The position numbers were made by a program, and so were the translations under genes. DNA of 64,000 nucleotides, taken from the NCBI GenBank assembly GCA_965202805.1, contig OZ241869.1, positions 1,856,001 to 1,920,000 of the forward strand, in the 5' to 3' direction. Below the pieces are notes generated by a model that saw nothing but the letters and a program-made list of their open reading frames with translations, searched no databases and had not been told where the DNA came from. Origin of the DNA: Longimicrobiales bacterium (GTDB lineage Bacteria; Gemmatimonadota; Gemmatimonadetes; Longimicrobiales; Gaopeijiaceae). Shown piece by piece: positions 1-9,900 of the stretch; the first letter of the stretch is position 1; each line of letters starts with the position of its first letter.

Positions 1-2
1 TC

Positions 3-1199
3 GCGCAGGGTGACCAGGCCGGTCTCGCCGCCCTCTTCGGCGGCACCTCCTTTACGATGCCGTTCGGGGCGCCGGGCGCGCAGCAGCAGTCGGCCACCGG
101 CACGCAGCTGGCGAGCTGGGGCGCGGGCGAGTACCACCACCTCGGCGAACCCGGCGCGACCGATGTCGACTGGAAAGGCAACATGGTGAGCGCCCACGCC
201 GGCGCGGACGTGCGCATAGGGCCGGACATCCTGGCGGGGGTCGCGGGCTCGTACAACTCGGGCAACTTCGATTTCACCGACAAGACCGGCGCCAGCCCGG
301 TAACCGGGACCTACGGCACCACCATGACCAGCGTGCACCCCTACCTGGCGTGGTTCTCGGGCGCGCGCGGCAGCTCGGTGTGGGGCTCGGCCGGATACGG
401 CCGCGGCGAAGTCGAGGTCGACGACGTGCGCGAGGGACTCCGCACCAGCCCGGCCAGCACGCTGACGGGGGCAGGGGGCGCCAGCTACCAGCTGTTCACC
501 AGGGGCGAGGGCGGCGTGCGCCTCAAGGCCGAGGGCTGGTACGGCCGGGTCAAGGTCGACGGCGGCGAACGGATCGAGGCGGTGACGCTCGACATGCAGC
601 GCGGCAAGCTCGCGCTGGAGCTGACGCAGGGCTTCCGCACGGACACCGGGCACGAGATGGCGTTCCTGCTCGAGGGCGGGATGCGCTACGACAACGGCGA
701 CGGCGTGAACGGGGCCAGCGCGGAAGTCGGCGGCGGGCTCCGCTACACCAACTCCGGCATGGGGCTGATCGCGGAGGGCCGCGGACGGTTCGTGATCTCG
801 GCGCGCGACGGCTACGAGGAATGGGGACTCGGCGGCATGCTCCAGTTCGACCCGGCGGTCCGCGGCCAGGGGCTCTCGATCCGGGTGGCGCCATCGTACG
901 GCGACCACAGGAGCGGGGTGAACCAGTTGTGGGAGCGCGGAGTGTCCGATGCGGTGGGCGGCCAACATCCGGGCATGGGCCCGAACGTGGATGGCGAGGT
1001 CGCGTACGGCATCGCCGGCTTGGGGACGCCCTACAGCGGCTTCTATCTGGCCGAGAGCGGCATGCGCGCATTCAGTAGCGGCGTACGCTACGACCTGGGC
1101 GCGGGCGTCGGGCTACGGCTCGAGGGGACGCGACGCGAGAGCGGGCCTGGAGGAGCGCAACACTCGGTGGGCGTCCGCGGGAGGATCAAGTTGTGGTAG
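3..1199 (+). CDS. Autotransporter beta-barrel domain, C-terminal part of a large surface protein (5' end outside the window)
   Basis: The frame is open from the window edge (AQGDQAGLAALFGGTSF...). It is co-linear with the C-terminus of 2517..6803, has alternating beta-strand patterns and ends ...VGVRGRIKLW. Confidence 0.85.
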   Translation, partial: AQGDQAGLAALFGGTSFTMPFGAPGAQQQSATGTQLASWGAGEYHHLGEPGATDVDWKGNMVSAHAGADVRIGPDILAGVAGSYNSGNFDFTDKTGASPVTGTYGTTMTSVHPYLAWFSGARGSSVWGSAGYGRGEVEVDDVREGLRTSPASTLTGAGGASYQLFTRGEGGVRLKAEGWYGRVKVDGGERIEAVTLDMQRGKLALELTQGFRTDTGHEMAFLLEGGMRYDNGDGVNGASAEVGGGLRYTNSGMGLIAEGRGRFVISARDGYEEWGLGGMLQFDPAVRGQGLSIRVAPSYGDHRSGVNQLWERGVSDAVGGQHPGMGPNVDGEVAYGIAGLGTPYSGFYLAESGMRAFSSGVRYDLGAGVGLRLEGTRRESGPGGAQHSVGVRGRIKLW

Positions 1200-1413
1200 A
1201 GGAAACCCGACGTATCTCGATCGCATCAGAGCCGTGCGCACATGGGCACTTGGCAGCTTGCGCCGCAAGAGACGATTCACGGCACCCGAACACACTACAG
1301 GTAGTAGTAGGGGCGCGTTAGCATACCATAGGTAGTAGTGCGAGACTTCTGCGGCGCAGACTGGAGTGTTACCGGCACACCGACGAGGTACAACGCAGGA
1401 CGGCTCAGGATCG

Positions 1414-1659
1414 TCAGGTCACGGTCGTCGCGTCCGGGGACGCGTCGGAATCGCTCGCGGAAACCCGCTTGTGGTGATCCATACGCATCTGCCGGGCAGC
1501 ACTCTCGGCCTGTTGGCTCACCTCCTTACGAGCGGCAAGCTTGTCTTTCGCGGTTGTACGCCATAGCCGTAGCTGGGGTAACAGCAACAGGAACGTCGCG
1601 GCCTGCAGAAGGCATCCGATCACGATGGCCACGTTGGCTGCCCTAACGAGATCGTCCAT
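1414..1659 (-). CDS. Small membrane protein (81 aa), last gene of a 3-gene insert
   Basis: ATG at 1659 overlaps the 3' end of the upstream ORF. There is one hydrophobic segment (VAIVIGCLLQAATFLLLL). Confidence 0.45.
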   Translation of the reverse strand: MDDLVRAANVAIVIGCLLQAATFLLLLPQLRLWRTTAKDKLAARKEVSQQAESAARQMRMDHHKRVSASDSDASPDATTVT

Positions 1660-2002
1660 CCAACTGCTCGTTCTCGGGATCGTTTTCGGGATCGGGGGTC
1701 GTGTCCTCGCCGAGGACGCCATCGGCGTACCGTAGGCGCGTTCTTTGCAGCAGCATGAAAGCTTCCCATTCCGGCGTTCGCATGGCTTCTGGCGACCAGG
1801 GTTCTGCTCCCCATTCGCCGCGAATCGCTGATGAGAGTTCTTCCTGCAATTCGTCGAGGGCGGCTGCCAGCTTCAGTTGAGTTGTGGGCGGGAGGGCCGC
1901 AATCAACGAGCCCAAGAACTTCGCGATGGTCAAAAGCGATAGAGTGTTGGCCCAAGTGGCGTCGTCAACCGGCGTCTGGGTCGCGGGGGGCTGGCTCGTC
2001 AC
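1643..2002 (-). CDS. Hypothetical helical protein (119 aa)
   Basis: GTG at 2002 overlaps the TGA of the GIY-YIG-like ORF (GTGA coupling). The sequence shows amphipathic helices and an acidic tail. Confidence 0.55.
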   Translation of the reverse strand: MTSQPPATQTPVDDATWANTLSLLTIAKFLGSLIAALPPTTQLKLAAALDELQEELSSAIRGEWGAEPWSPEAMRTPEWEAFMLLQRTRLRYADGVLGEDTTPDPENDPENEQLDGRSR

Positions 2003-2208
2003 GGTCCCGTTGGACGGCCCTTTCTGCGCTGCTCGTGCTCCCACTGTCGGGCGGCCTGCAGAGAGTGCCGGTATCCCTCTTTCATCATGTAGGCGCCAGC
2101 TCCGAACCTGCGCTTATGCTCTTGCTCGCGGCGTTCCGGATTCCTAGTGATTCCAACATGCACCGTCCTCCGGTTCCGCACGATGCGGTACAGCGTGTAC
2201 GTTGCCAT
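1999..2208 (-). CDS. Minimal GIY-YIG-like nuclease domain protein (69 aa)
   Basis: YTLY...HVGIT..PERREQEH matches the GIY-YIG pattern (xxY..YIGxT..R..H). An AGGAGG RBS lies upstream. Confidence 0.65.
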   Translation of the reverse strand: MATYTLYRIVRNRRTVHVGITRNPERREQEHKRRFGAGAYMMKEGYRHSLQAARQWEHEQRRKGRPTGP

Positions 2209-2516
2209 CCATGCCTCCTGACGAAGGTTGCGATCAGGTGAATCATAACAGTTGTCGGAGACGCCTACAATCCGGTTTCAGACCGTCAACGGTCGCAGTG
2301 CATCAGCCGTCGCCCGACCTGCCCGATGACGTGCTGCATCGTCCGCAGGGATAGCCTCAATCCCCTTGCGCGGACGTTGCAAGTCCGCGCACACGTTGGT
2401 GATACGGGCCACCTGACGGGGAGCGTGAGACGATGGCTGAACGGGCGGGAGCAGTTGCGCCAGCGCGCCACGCGCGGCAGGGACTGGCTGACCTGGAATG
2501 CCAGCGCGCGTTTCAT

Positions 2517-5500
2517 CTACCGCAATCTGATCCGTCCGCGGACACCCACCGAGTGCTGCGCCCCAGCGGGACCGCTCTCGCGCCGCGTGCCCTCAAGGCG
2601 CAGCCCGACGCCCGCGCCGAGGTCGTAGCGCACGCCGCTTGAGAAGGCGCGCGCCCCGCCCCCGGCGAGGTGGAAGCCGCCGTAGGGCGTCCCCTGGAAG
2701 CCGGCGATGCCGTAGGCCACCTCGCCGTCCACGCTGGGGCCCGTGCCCAGGCCGTGGCCGCCCATCGCGTCGGAGACCCCGCGCTCCCAAAGCTGGTCCA
2801 CCCCACTCCTGTGGTCGCCGTATGAAGGTGCCACCCGGATCGAGAGTCCCTCGCCCCGGGCCGCCGGGTCGAGCATGAGCGTGCCGCCGAAGCCCCACTC
2901 CTCGTAGCCTTCGCGCGAAGAGAGGACGAAGCGGCCGCGGCCCTCCGCGGTCACGCCCAGGCGGGAGTTCGTGTAGCGGAGTCCGCCCCCGACTTCCGCG
3001 CCGGCGCCGTTCACACCGTCGCCGTTGTCGTATCGCATCCCGCCCTCGAGCACGACTGCGAGTTCGTGCCCGGTGTCGGTGCGGAAGCCCTGCGTCAACT
3101 CCAGGGCGAGCTTGCCGCGCTGCATGTCGAGCGTGACCGCCTCAATCTGCGCGCCGCCGTCGACCTTGACCCGGCTGTACCAGCCCTCGGCCTTGATGCG
3201 GATGCCACGCGCGCCGCTGTCGAGTAACTGGTAGCCGGCGCCTCCCGCTCCCGTCAGCATGCTGGCCGGGCTGGTGCGGAGTCCCTCGCGCACGTCGTCG
3301 ACCTCGATTTCGCCCCGGCCGAGACCGGCCGAGCCCCACACCGAGGTGCCGCGCGCGTCGGAGAACCACGCCAGGTAGGGATGCACGCCGGTCATGGTGG
3401 CGCCATAGGTGCCCCTCACCGGGCTGGCGCCGGTCTTGTCGGTGAAGTCGAAGCCGCCGGAGGAGTACGAGCCCGCGACACCCGCCAGGATGTCCGGTCC
3501 CACCCGCACGTCCACGCCGGCGTGGGCGCTCACCATGTTGCCCTTCCAGTCGAGGGCGCTCGCGCCGGGCTCGCCGAGGTGGTGATACTCGCCGCCGCCC
3601 CAACTCGCCAGTTGCGTGCCGGTGGACGACTGCTGCTGCGCGCCCGACGCCCGGAACGGCATCTGGAAGGAGGTGCCGCCGAAGAGCGCGGCCAGTCCGG
3701 CTTGATCGCCTTGGGCGAGGCCCAGCCCGCCCGCGCCCGGCGCCGACAGGCTCGCGGCCATCGACGAGAGTCCGTTCGTCTCCACGCGCCGCTCCATCCC
3801 CATCCCGCTGGCTACCACGTCCACCCGGCGGGCGATCGCCGAGACCGTGCTCGACGTCATCGCGGCCGCCACGTGCGGCAGGACGCTCGTGTTCAGCCGC
3901 CCCGCGCGCTGGACGGGGTCGTCCGTGGCCGCCGAAGCGCTCCCCGACGGCGCGCCGGTGCCCGCCCGGTTGATCGCCGAGACCCGGTAGTGGCGCACGC
4001 TCCCCGGCTGCAGGCCGGTGTGCGAGAAGGCGGTGACCGTGGACTGGGTGTTGGTCTCCAGGTCGACCCAGGCGGCGCCCGTCTCCGAGACCTCGATGCG
4101 GTAACCCGTGATGCGCGCGCCGCCGTTGTAGGCGGGCGCGACCCAGAACAGGTCGATCTGCGTGGGCGTGACGTCGTTGGCCATGAGCCCGGTGGGCGCG
4201 TCGGGCACGGTGGCGTCCGTGGTCGAGCCCGCGACCCGCGACGCATTGCCCACGCCGATCCGGTTGATCGCCGAGACGCGGTAGTGCCTCGTCGAGGCCG
4301 GCTCGAGCCCGCCGTGCGTGTAAATGGTGGCCGGGGTGCGCGTGTTGGCCACCAGGTCCTCCCAGCTCCTGCCCCCGTCGGCCGACACCTCGATGCGGTA
4401 GCCGGTGATGCGCGCACCCCCGTCGTCCGAGGGCGCCTGCCAGGAGAGGCCGATCTGCGAGGTGCCGACCGCGTCGGCGCTGAGACGCCGCGGCACCCCC
4501 GGAAGGGTCGCCTCGGTGGTCGCCCGCGCCGTGTTCGAGAACTGCCCCACCCCCGCCAGGTTGATCGCCGCGACCCGGTAGTGCCGCGTGGTCGCGGGCC
4601 GGAGGTTGACGTCGGAGAACGTCGTCGTCCTCGCGTTCGTGTTGCGGCGGATGATGTTCCAGGTGCCGCCCCCGTCGTCGGAGGCCTCGATGCGGTAGCC
4701 GATGATCGAGACGCCGCCGGTGTAGCGGGGCGCGTTCCACGCCAGATCGATGCGCGCCGTGCCCACCGCCTGGGCCGTCAGCCCGGTCGGGACCCCGGCG
4801 AAGTCGGCGTGCGTAAGGGCCGTCGCCGGGAGCGCCGGGGGCATCGGCGACCATGCCCCTTCGCCCACGCGGTTTATGGCCCGAACCCGGTAACTGTACC
4901 GGGTCACCGGCTTGAGCCCGGTGTGCGTGAAGGTCCTCGTCGTCGTCCCCGTGTTACGCTCGAGATCGATCCACGAGTTGTCGTTGGGCCCTTGCACCTG
5001 GATGCCGTAGCCGGTGACGCGCTCCCCGCCATCGTTCTCCGGCGGGTCCCAGGCGAGGAGGATGCTTTTCGGTCCGGTCGCGCGCGCACGCACGTTCTGC
5101 GGCGGCCCGGGCGGCGCCGCGGTGGTCATCGCGTTGCGCACGCTGGATGGAGGTCCCGTCCCCTGGCTGTTGACCGCGGACACGCGATAGAACCAGGTGG
5201 TCGCGGGTCTGAGGCGGGTGTCGAGGTAGGTGGTGGTCGTGCTGTTGGTGCTGGGCACCAGGATGATCCAGCCCGTGTTGCCGTTGGGGGACCTCTCGAT
5301 GCGGTAGCCGGTGATGGCGCTCCCGCCGTTGTCGGACGGAGCCGACCATGTGAGGAGGAGCTGGCCGCTTCCCCTCAAGCCGCTCGGGGTCACCCTGAGC
5401 CCCGTCGGCCGGCTCGGAACGGTGACCTCGGTGGTGGCCCGGGCGGTGTTCGACCAATCGCTGTGGCCCGCCCGGGTGATGGCCCTGACCCGGTAGTGGC

Positions 5501-6803
5501 GGGTGGTGCCGGCACTCAGGTCGCGGTGGGTGTAGGTGGTGGACGTGGTGTTGGCCACGCGCACGCTCCAAGGGTCGTTTCCCGTGAGCGACGACTCGAT
5601 GCGGTAGCCGGTGATCGGCGACGAGCCCCTGGTCGAGGGGGCGCTCCAGCTCAGCTCGATGGCCGACGTCCCCCTGGCCCGCGCCGTCAATCGCCGGGGA
5701 GCGCTGGGCAGCACATGCTGCGTGGTGGCGTCGGCCACGTTGGACGGGTCTCCCACCCCATTGAAGTTGATCGCCGAAACCCTGTAGTGGCGCGTCTCGC
5801 CCCCGGAGAGACCCGTGTGGCTGTAGCTGGTGTCGGTGTTCCGGGTATTGCGCACCAGATTGGACCAGGTGGTGCCGGCATTCGTCGACACCTCGATCAG
5901 GTACCCGGTGATCCTGGCGCCGCCGTCCGAGCTCGGCGGATCCCACTCCAGGTCGATCGTGTCGGTGCCGACGGCCTCCGCCGTGAGGTTGCGCGGCTCG
6001 CCGGGGACTCCGGTGCGCGTCGTCCCGGTGAGGTTCCGCGCCACGCGGTCGAAGCGGAGCGCGAGATTGCCGACCGCGTCCCTGGCCGCGTTGTCGCCGC
6101 CGGCGCCGTAGAACACGCTCACCTCGTCGCCCCGCTCGACGGGGCCCTCCAAGAGCAGAAATATTTCGTCCGCCGACAGCTCGACCTCGGATACCCGCCT
6201 GGTGTGGAACGTGCCGCTCCGGATGAAGGACACGGAGAAGTCGCTGGCCGACGGGACGAAGTCGTCATCGAGGTCTTCGTCGAAGACGACGACGACCTCT
6301 TCGCCGTTGACCTTCACCTCGTCCACCTCCGGGGCCTTGTTGTCAACGCGGAAGTCGTGTGTCCTGGCTCTGCTCTCTTCGCCTCGCCTGTTCTCTGCCG
6401 CGCCCGCAGGGATGGTGACGATTACCGTGCGGTCATAGTCCGGATCCGTGATGAGGTGGAGCGCGTAGTTCGAGCAATAGTCCGCGTCGCAGTCCTCCAG
6501 GACATCCTTGGTGGCGCCGAAGACCTCGATCTCCCCGATCGTGAGACCGGTCACGGCCTGCGAGAAACCGATGTTGATGCGGATTTCCTCGTGCACGGAC
6601 CCCGTGAAGGTATGCGAAAGCCTGACCGTGGGGGCGACTGCCGCGCGCGCTGCAGCAACTCCCGCGGCGGACCGGACTCCCTCATCCCAGCCATCCGCGG
6701 ACGGCTCCTGAGCGCGCGCGCGCGTCGGTGGAACCAGGAACGCGCAGATCGCTGCGGCAGCCAGAATGGGACGAACGGGTACGCCAGGCTGATTCGGAGT
6801 CAT
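2517..6803 (-). CDS. Fibronectin type III repeat autotransporter (signal peptide, Ig-like, SwmB-like, 7 FN3, beta-barrel)
   Basis: Signal peptide (ARA-Q). Seven P..P..L.A / W..P..DGG..ITGY.IE / YRVSAIN repeats, a helical linker and a C-terminal barrel. Confidence 0.9.
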   Translation of the reverse strand: MTPNQPGVPVRPILAAAAICAFLVPPTRARAQEPSADGWDEGVRSAAGVAAARAAVAPTVRLSHTFTGSVHEEIRINIGFSQAVTGLTIGEIEVFGATKDVLEDCDADYCSNYALHLITDPDYDRTVIVTIPAGAAENRRGEESRARTHDFRVDNKAPEVDEVKVNGEEVVVVFDEDLDDDFVPSASDFSVSFIRSGTFHTRRVSEVELSADEIFLLLEGPVERGDEVSVFYGAGGDNAARDAVGNLALRFDRVARNLTGTTRTGVPGEPRNLTAEAVGTDTIDLEWDPPSSDGGARITGYLIEVSTNAGTTWSNLVRNTRNTDTSYSHTGLSGGETRHYRVSAINFNGVGDPSNVADATTQHVLPSAPRRLTARARGTSAIELSWSAPSTRGSSPITGYRIESSLTGNDPWSVRVANTTSTTYTHRDLSAGTTRHYRVRAITRAGHSDWSNTARATTEVTVPSRPTGLRVTPSGLRGSGQLLLTWSAPSDNGGSAITGYRIERSPNGNTGWIILVPSTNSTTTTYLDTRLRPATTWFYRVSAVNSQGTGPPSSVRNAMTTAAPPGPPQNVRARATGPKSILLAWDPPENDGGERVTGYGIQVQGPNDNSWIDLERNTGTTTRTFTHTGLKPVTRYSYRVRAINRVGEGAWSPMPPALPATALTHADFAGVPTGLTAQAVGTARIDLAWNAPRYTGGVSIIGYRIEASDDGGGTWNIIRRNTNARTTTFSDVNLRPATTRHYRVAAINLAGVGQFSNTARATTEATLPGVPRRLSADAVGTSQIGLSWQAPSDDGGARITGYRIEVSADGGRSWEDLVANTRTPATIYTHGGLEPASTRHYRVSAINRIGVGNASRVAGSTTDATVPDAPTGLMANDVTPTQIDLFWVAPAYNGGARITGYRIEVSETGAAWVDLETNTQSTVTAFSHTGLQPGSVRHYRVSAINRAGTGAPSGSASAATDDPVQRAGRLNTSVLPHVAAAMTSSTVSAIARRVDVVASGMGMERRVETNGLSSMAASLSAPGAGGLGLAQGDQAGLAALFGGTSFQMPFRASGAQQQSSTGTQLASWGGGEYHHLGEPGASALDWKGNMVSAHAGVDVRVGPDILAGVAGSYSSGGFDFTDKTGASPVRGTYGATMTGVHPYLAWFSDARGTSVWGSAGLGRGEIEVDDVREGLRTSPASMLTGAGGAGYQLLDSGARGIRIKAEGWYSRVKVDGGAQIEAVTLDMQRGKLALELTQGFRTDTGHELAVVLEGGMRYDNGDGVNGAGAEVGGGLRYTNSRLGVTAEGRGRFVLSSREGYEEWGFGGTLMLDPAARGEGLSIRVAPSYGDHRSGVDQLWERGVSDAMGGHGLGTGPSVDGEVAYGIAGFQGTPYGGFHLAGGGARAFSSGVRYDLGAGVGLRLEGTRRESGPAGAQHSVGVRGRIRLR

Positions 6804-6858
6804 CGGTGCCGTCTCTGCGTCAGATGAACGCGCGGTGGAATAGGGACTTGAACGAGCG

Positions 6859-6894
6859 TCACCCCCCGCCCGGAAGGTCCCGGACGGGGGGTGA
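6859..6894 (-). terminator. GC-rich hairpin downstream of the lipoprotein gene (terminator or mRNA stabiliser)
   Basis: Perfect 10-bp inverted repeat TCACCCCCCG / CGGGGGGTGA. No clear U-tract. Confidence 0.5.
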
Positions 6895-6958
6895 GCCGTC
6901 CTGCGACCATCGGCCTGACCGGTGACGAGTCAGCCAGGCCGATGGTGTTGAAGGGTGA

Positions 6959-9900
6959 CTAGCTGCTTGCCGGGTCGGCGGCGACGTCCTTCGTCTCGGT
7001 CGCCTTCCAGACTTCCTCGTCGTCGTCGTCGACCTCTTCGGCCTGTCGCGTCTCGACACGGACCTTGAGCGCCTTCCGGAGGTCGGCCTCAGTCACGTTC
7101 AGCTCCTGAGTGCTGCCCGCGATGGTCCAGTCTGCTGCCGTGAAGCCACTAACGACGAGCACCGCGCTCGTCGCATCGGTGCCGCCAGCAGTCAAAGCAA
7201 GCTCGGCTGCGTCTTCGGCGATGAGCGACTGCGTTCCGGCCGCTCCCATATCGAGCGTGATGACGACTCGCGTAGCGGTTCTGGAGTTCGTCGAGACTTC
7301 CCAGTTGACGATGAGGCTGTCGGCAGTCGCACCTGCTTGAGTATCACGCACTGCAGTGATCTTGCTGGGCGATGCGTCGACCCGAGCAACGGACCTCATG
7401 CCAGAGTTGCCCGTGCGCGTCTCGGTGCTGGCGTCCGCCAGTGTCTCGGTCGCCGAGACGCTGACCCGGACGCTGAAGCCGAGGTCGCCCTCGTTGCTGT
7501 CCGGGGCAGTGAACGTACCTACCCTGACGCCCTCAGTCACATTGTCTTCGGTGTCGGCGCTGCCATCGGGCGCGAAGGACCCGTCCGTCCAGGTGGCACC
7601 GGCTTCGCCGCAATCCGCAACGCAATGCTCGACTGTGTGCGTGATGGCGCTGAAGCCGGAAACATCGGCATCGAACTGCCAGCGGATGTTGACCGCCCCG
7701 GTGTAGTTGCCGGTGGTTGCGTCCTTCACCCGCGACGTGGTGATGCTCCTGGCGTTGACGCTCACTCCGGTGATGTTGCCGAAGTTCACGGTTTGACCGG
7801 GAGCAACACGGACATCTTGCTCGTCGTCGGGATAGCTGAAGCGCGTGAGGCTGGTCGCCGGCGCCGCGGCTGTGATCGTGTAGCGGTCGTACGGCACGCT
7901 GAGCGAGAAGCTTCCCGTTCTGCCGGTCGTGGCGGTAGCCGTCGCCTCAGCGCCTTCTACGCCCGCCTCCGTCGCCGTGACGGTAACGCCGCTCATCGGC
8001 CCGCCACCCGGACGAACCACTCTACCGCTGATCGTGGCGTTCACGAAGCCGGTGAAGTTGAAGCCCGAGACGGCCGAACCGGCGTGCGCGGGAATGTCAT
8101 CGATCTCATCAGGCACGAAGGACATGCCATCCTTCGAGACCCTGAGCCAGACTCCGTCGCCCCGGTCCTGGGCCTTGACCATCACCGTGTAGCTGCCGTC
8201 GGCGCCCGTCAGATGAATGTCGTTCTTCGTGGCGCCCTTCGACTTCGCGTTCTTGTTCTCCGGGGCCTCGTACTTGGTGCCATCGTAGCTCACCTCGACC
8301 TTCACGCCCGGAATCCCATCGCCGCTGCCGGAGGCAGTGACCCTACCGCTGATCGAGGCCGTCTCGGCCGCAGCCGTGAGCTTGAGGTCGTTGCCGTCAT
8401 CGTCCTCCACCTTCTTCACCGTGTTGGCTGCGAATGTGAGGGTCACGCTGGCCTTGCCGACGTCTGCGACCGAGGCCTCCACGAAGATGCCGGTCACCTT
8501 CTTCTTGCTGACGGTGCGCGTCTCCGACTTGATGCCCTCGATAATGAAGCGGCCATGCTGGTCGGTCATGGTCGACGCATTGTTCGCGGTCACGGTCGCG
8601 CTGTCCATGGCGAAGCCTTCATCGTCGACGATGAATCCGTAGACGGTCGCCGTGGCCGGTCTGACGGTGAGGTCGACAGGTCCCTCGATCGGTTCGAACA
8701 TGTCGTCGGCGTCTCCACCGTTCGCCTCCCACCCATCGGAGACGCTGAGCGAGTAGGCACCCGCCGCGACATCGGCGAAGGTGAACGCACTCATCGGGTT
8801 GTCGCCCTTGGTCTTGTCCGAACGGGTGTCCTTCTCCGTGGTAGTGAAGGACTCTTCCTCACCCGCCAGATTCTTGCCGTCGACCGGGCTCAGGCTGACC
8901 GTGACCCCTGCCTCGGTGTCTTCTTCCTCCACGGCCTTGAAGTCGTCGCCGTCATCCATTGCGACGGTTTGCTTCGTCACGGTCCCGCTCACCTCGTAAG
9001 TGGTCACGTAGGCGAACGACGCGCACTCGCCGTGATCCTGAGGCGCGGTAGCCTGCAGCGGGCAAAGCTCGACCGTGTGGTTGAAGCCGCCCATCGCACC
9101 GAAGGCGCCACCGGTGATGCCGTTGACGTCCATCCCCGTGTATGCCGCGAGCTCGTCGGGCTCGAGGAGTTTGATGTTCGTGTCATCGGCAACCTTGCTC
9201 GCCTGGACGATGACGTTCTCGTCGGCGGGCACGTTGCTGAAGGTGTGCACGCCTTTGCTGTTGCTGCTCTCGATGCTGTCCGCGGCCACGAACGCACGGG
9301 AGCGCCCGCTACCGTCGATGTAGCGGATGCCGACATCGACCATGCGGTCGTCACCGCTGCCGTCCCTCTCGTCGCCATCCAGGAGATTGCCGGTATAGCC
9401 CATCACCTGGTCGCGCTCGTGGTGCACGTAGACCTTGAGGGTCTGGGTCGTGTACTGCACCTCCATCGTGCCGGCGTCAACGGTGCCCGCCAGCTTGAGA
9501 CCGGTGTGCGTGAGCTCGACCGAGCCCGGATCGTAGTCCTCGCCGCCGTCCAGCTTGTTGTCCTGGTCGTCGGCGACCGCGAAGGTGTAGGTCGCGGGCA
9601 GGTCGGCGGCCGTCACGGTCGTCTTGAACGCCGCGTTGCCCTCGTCGTCCAGCTTGTCGGGCGCGCCATCAACCGCATCATCGCCGGACATGACGCTCAT
9701 CGCCCAGCCCTTCAGCGCCTTGCCTCCACCGTAGTCGGTGGTGATCGTCGCGCCGCTGACCGTCGCGTCGACGCTCAGGTTGACGAGGTCGTGGCCGTTG
9801 GAGCCCGCGGTTGCGAACATCTGCGGATCCCACGACACGGCCGTCATGCCGTCGCCGCTGTAGTCCTCGTGGGAGACGCTCGCGTGAACCATGTTCCCGC

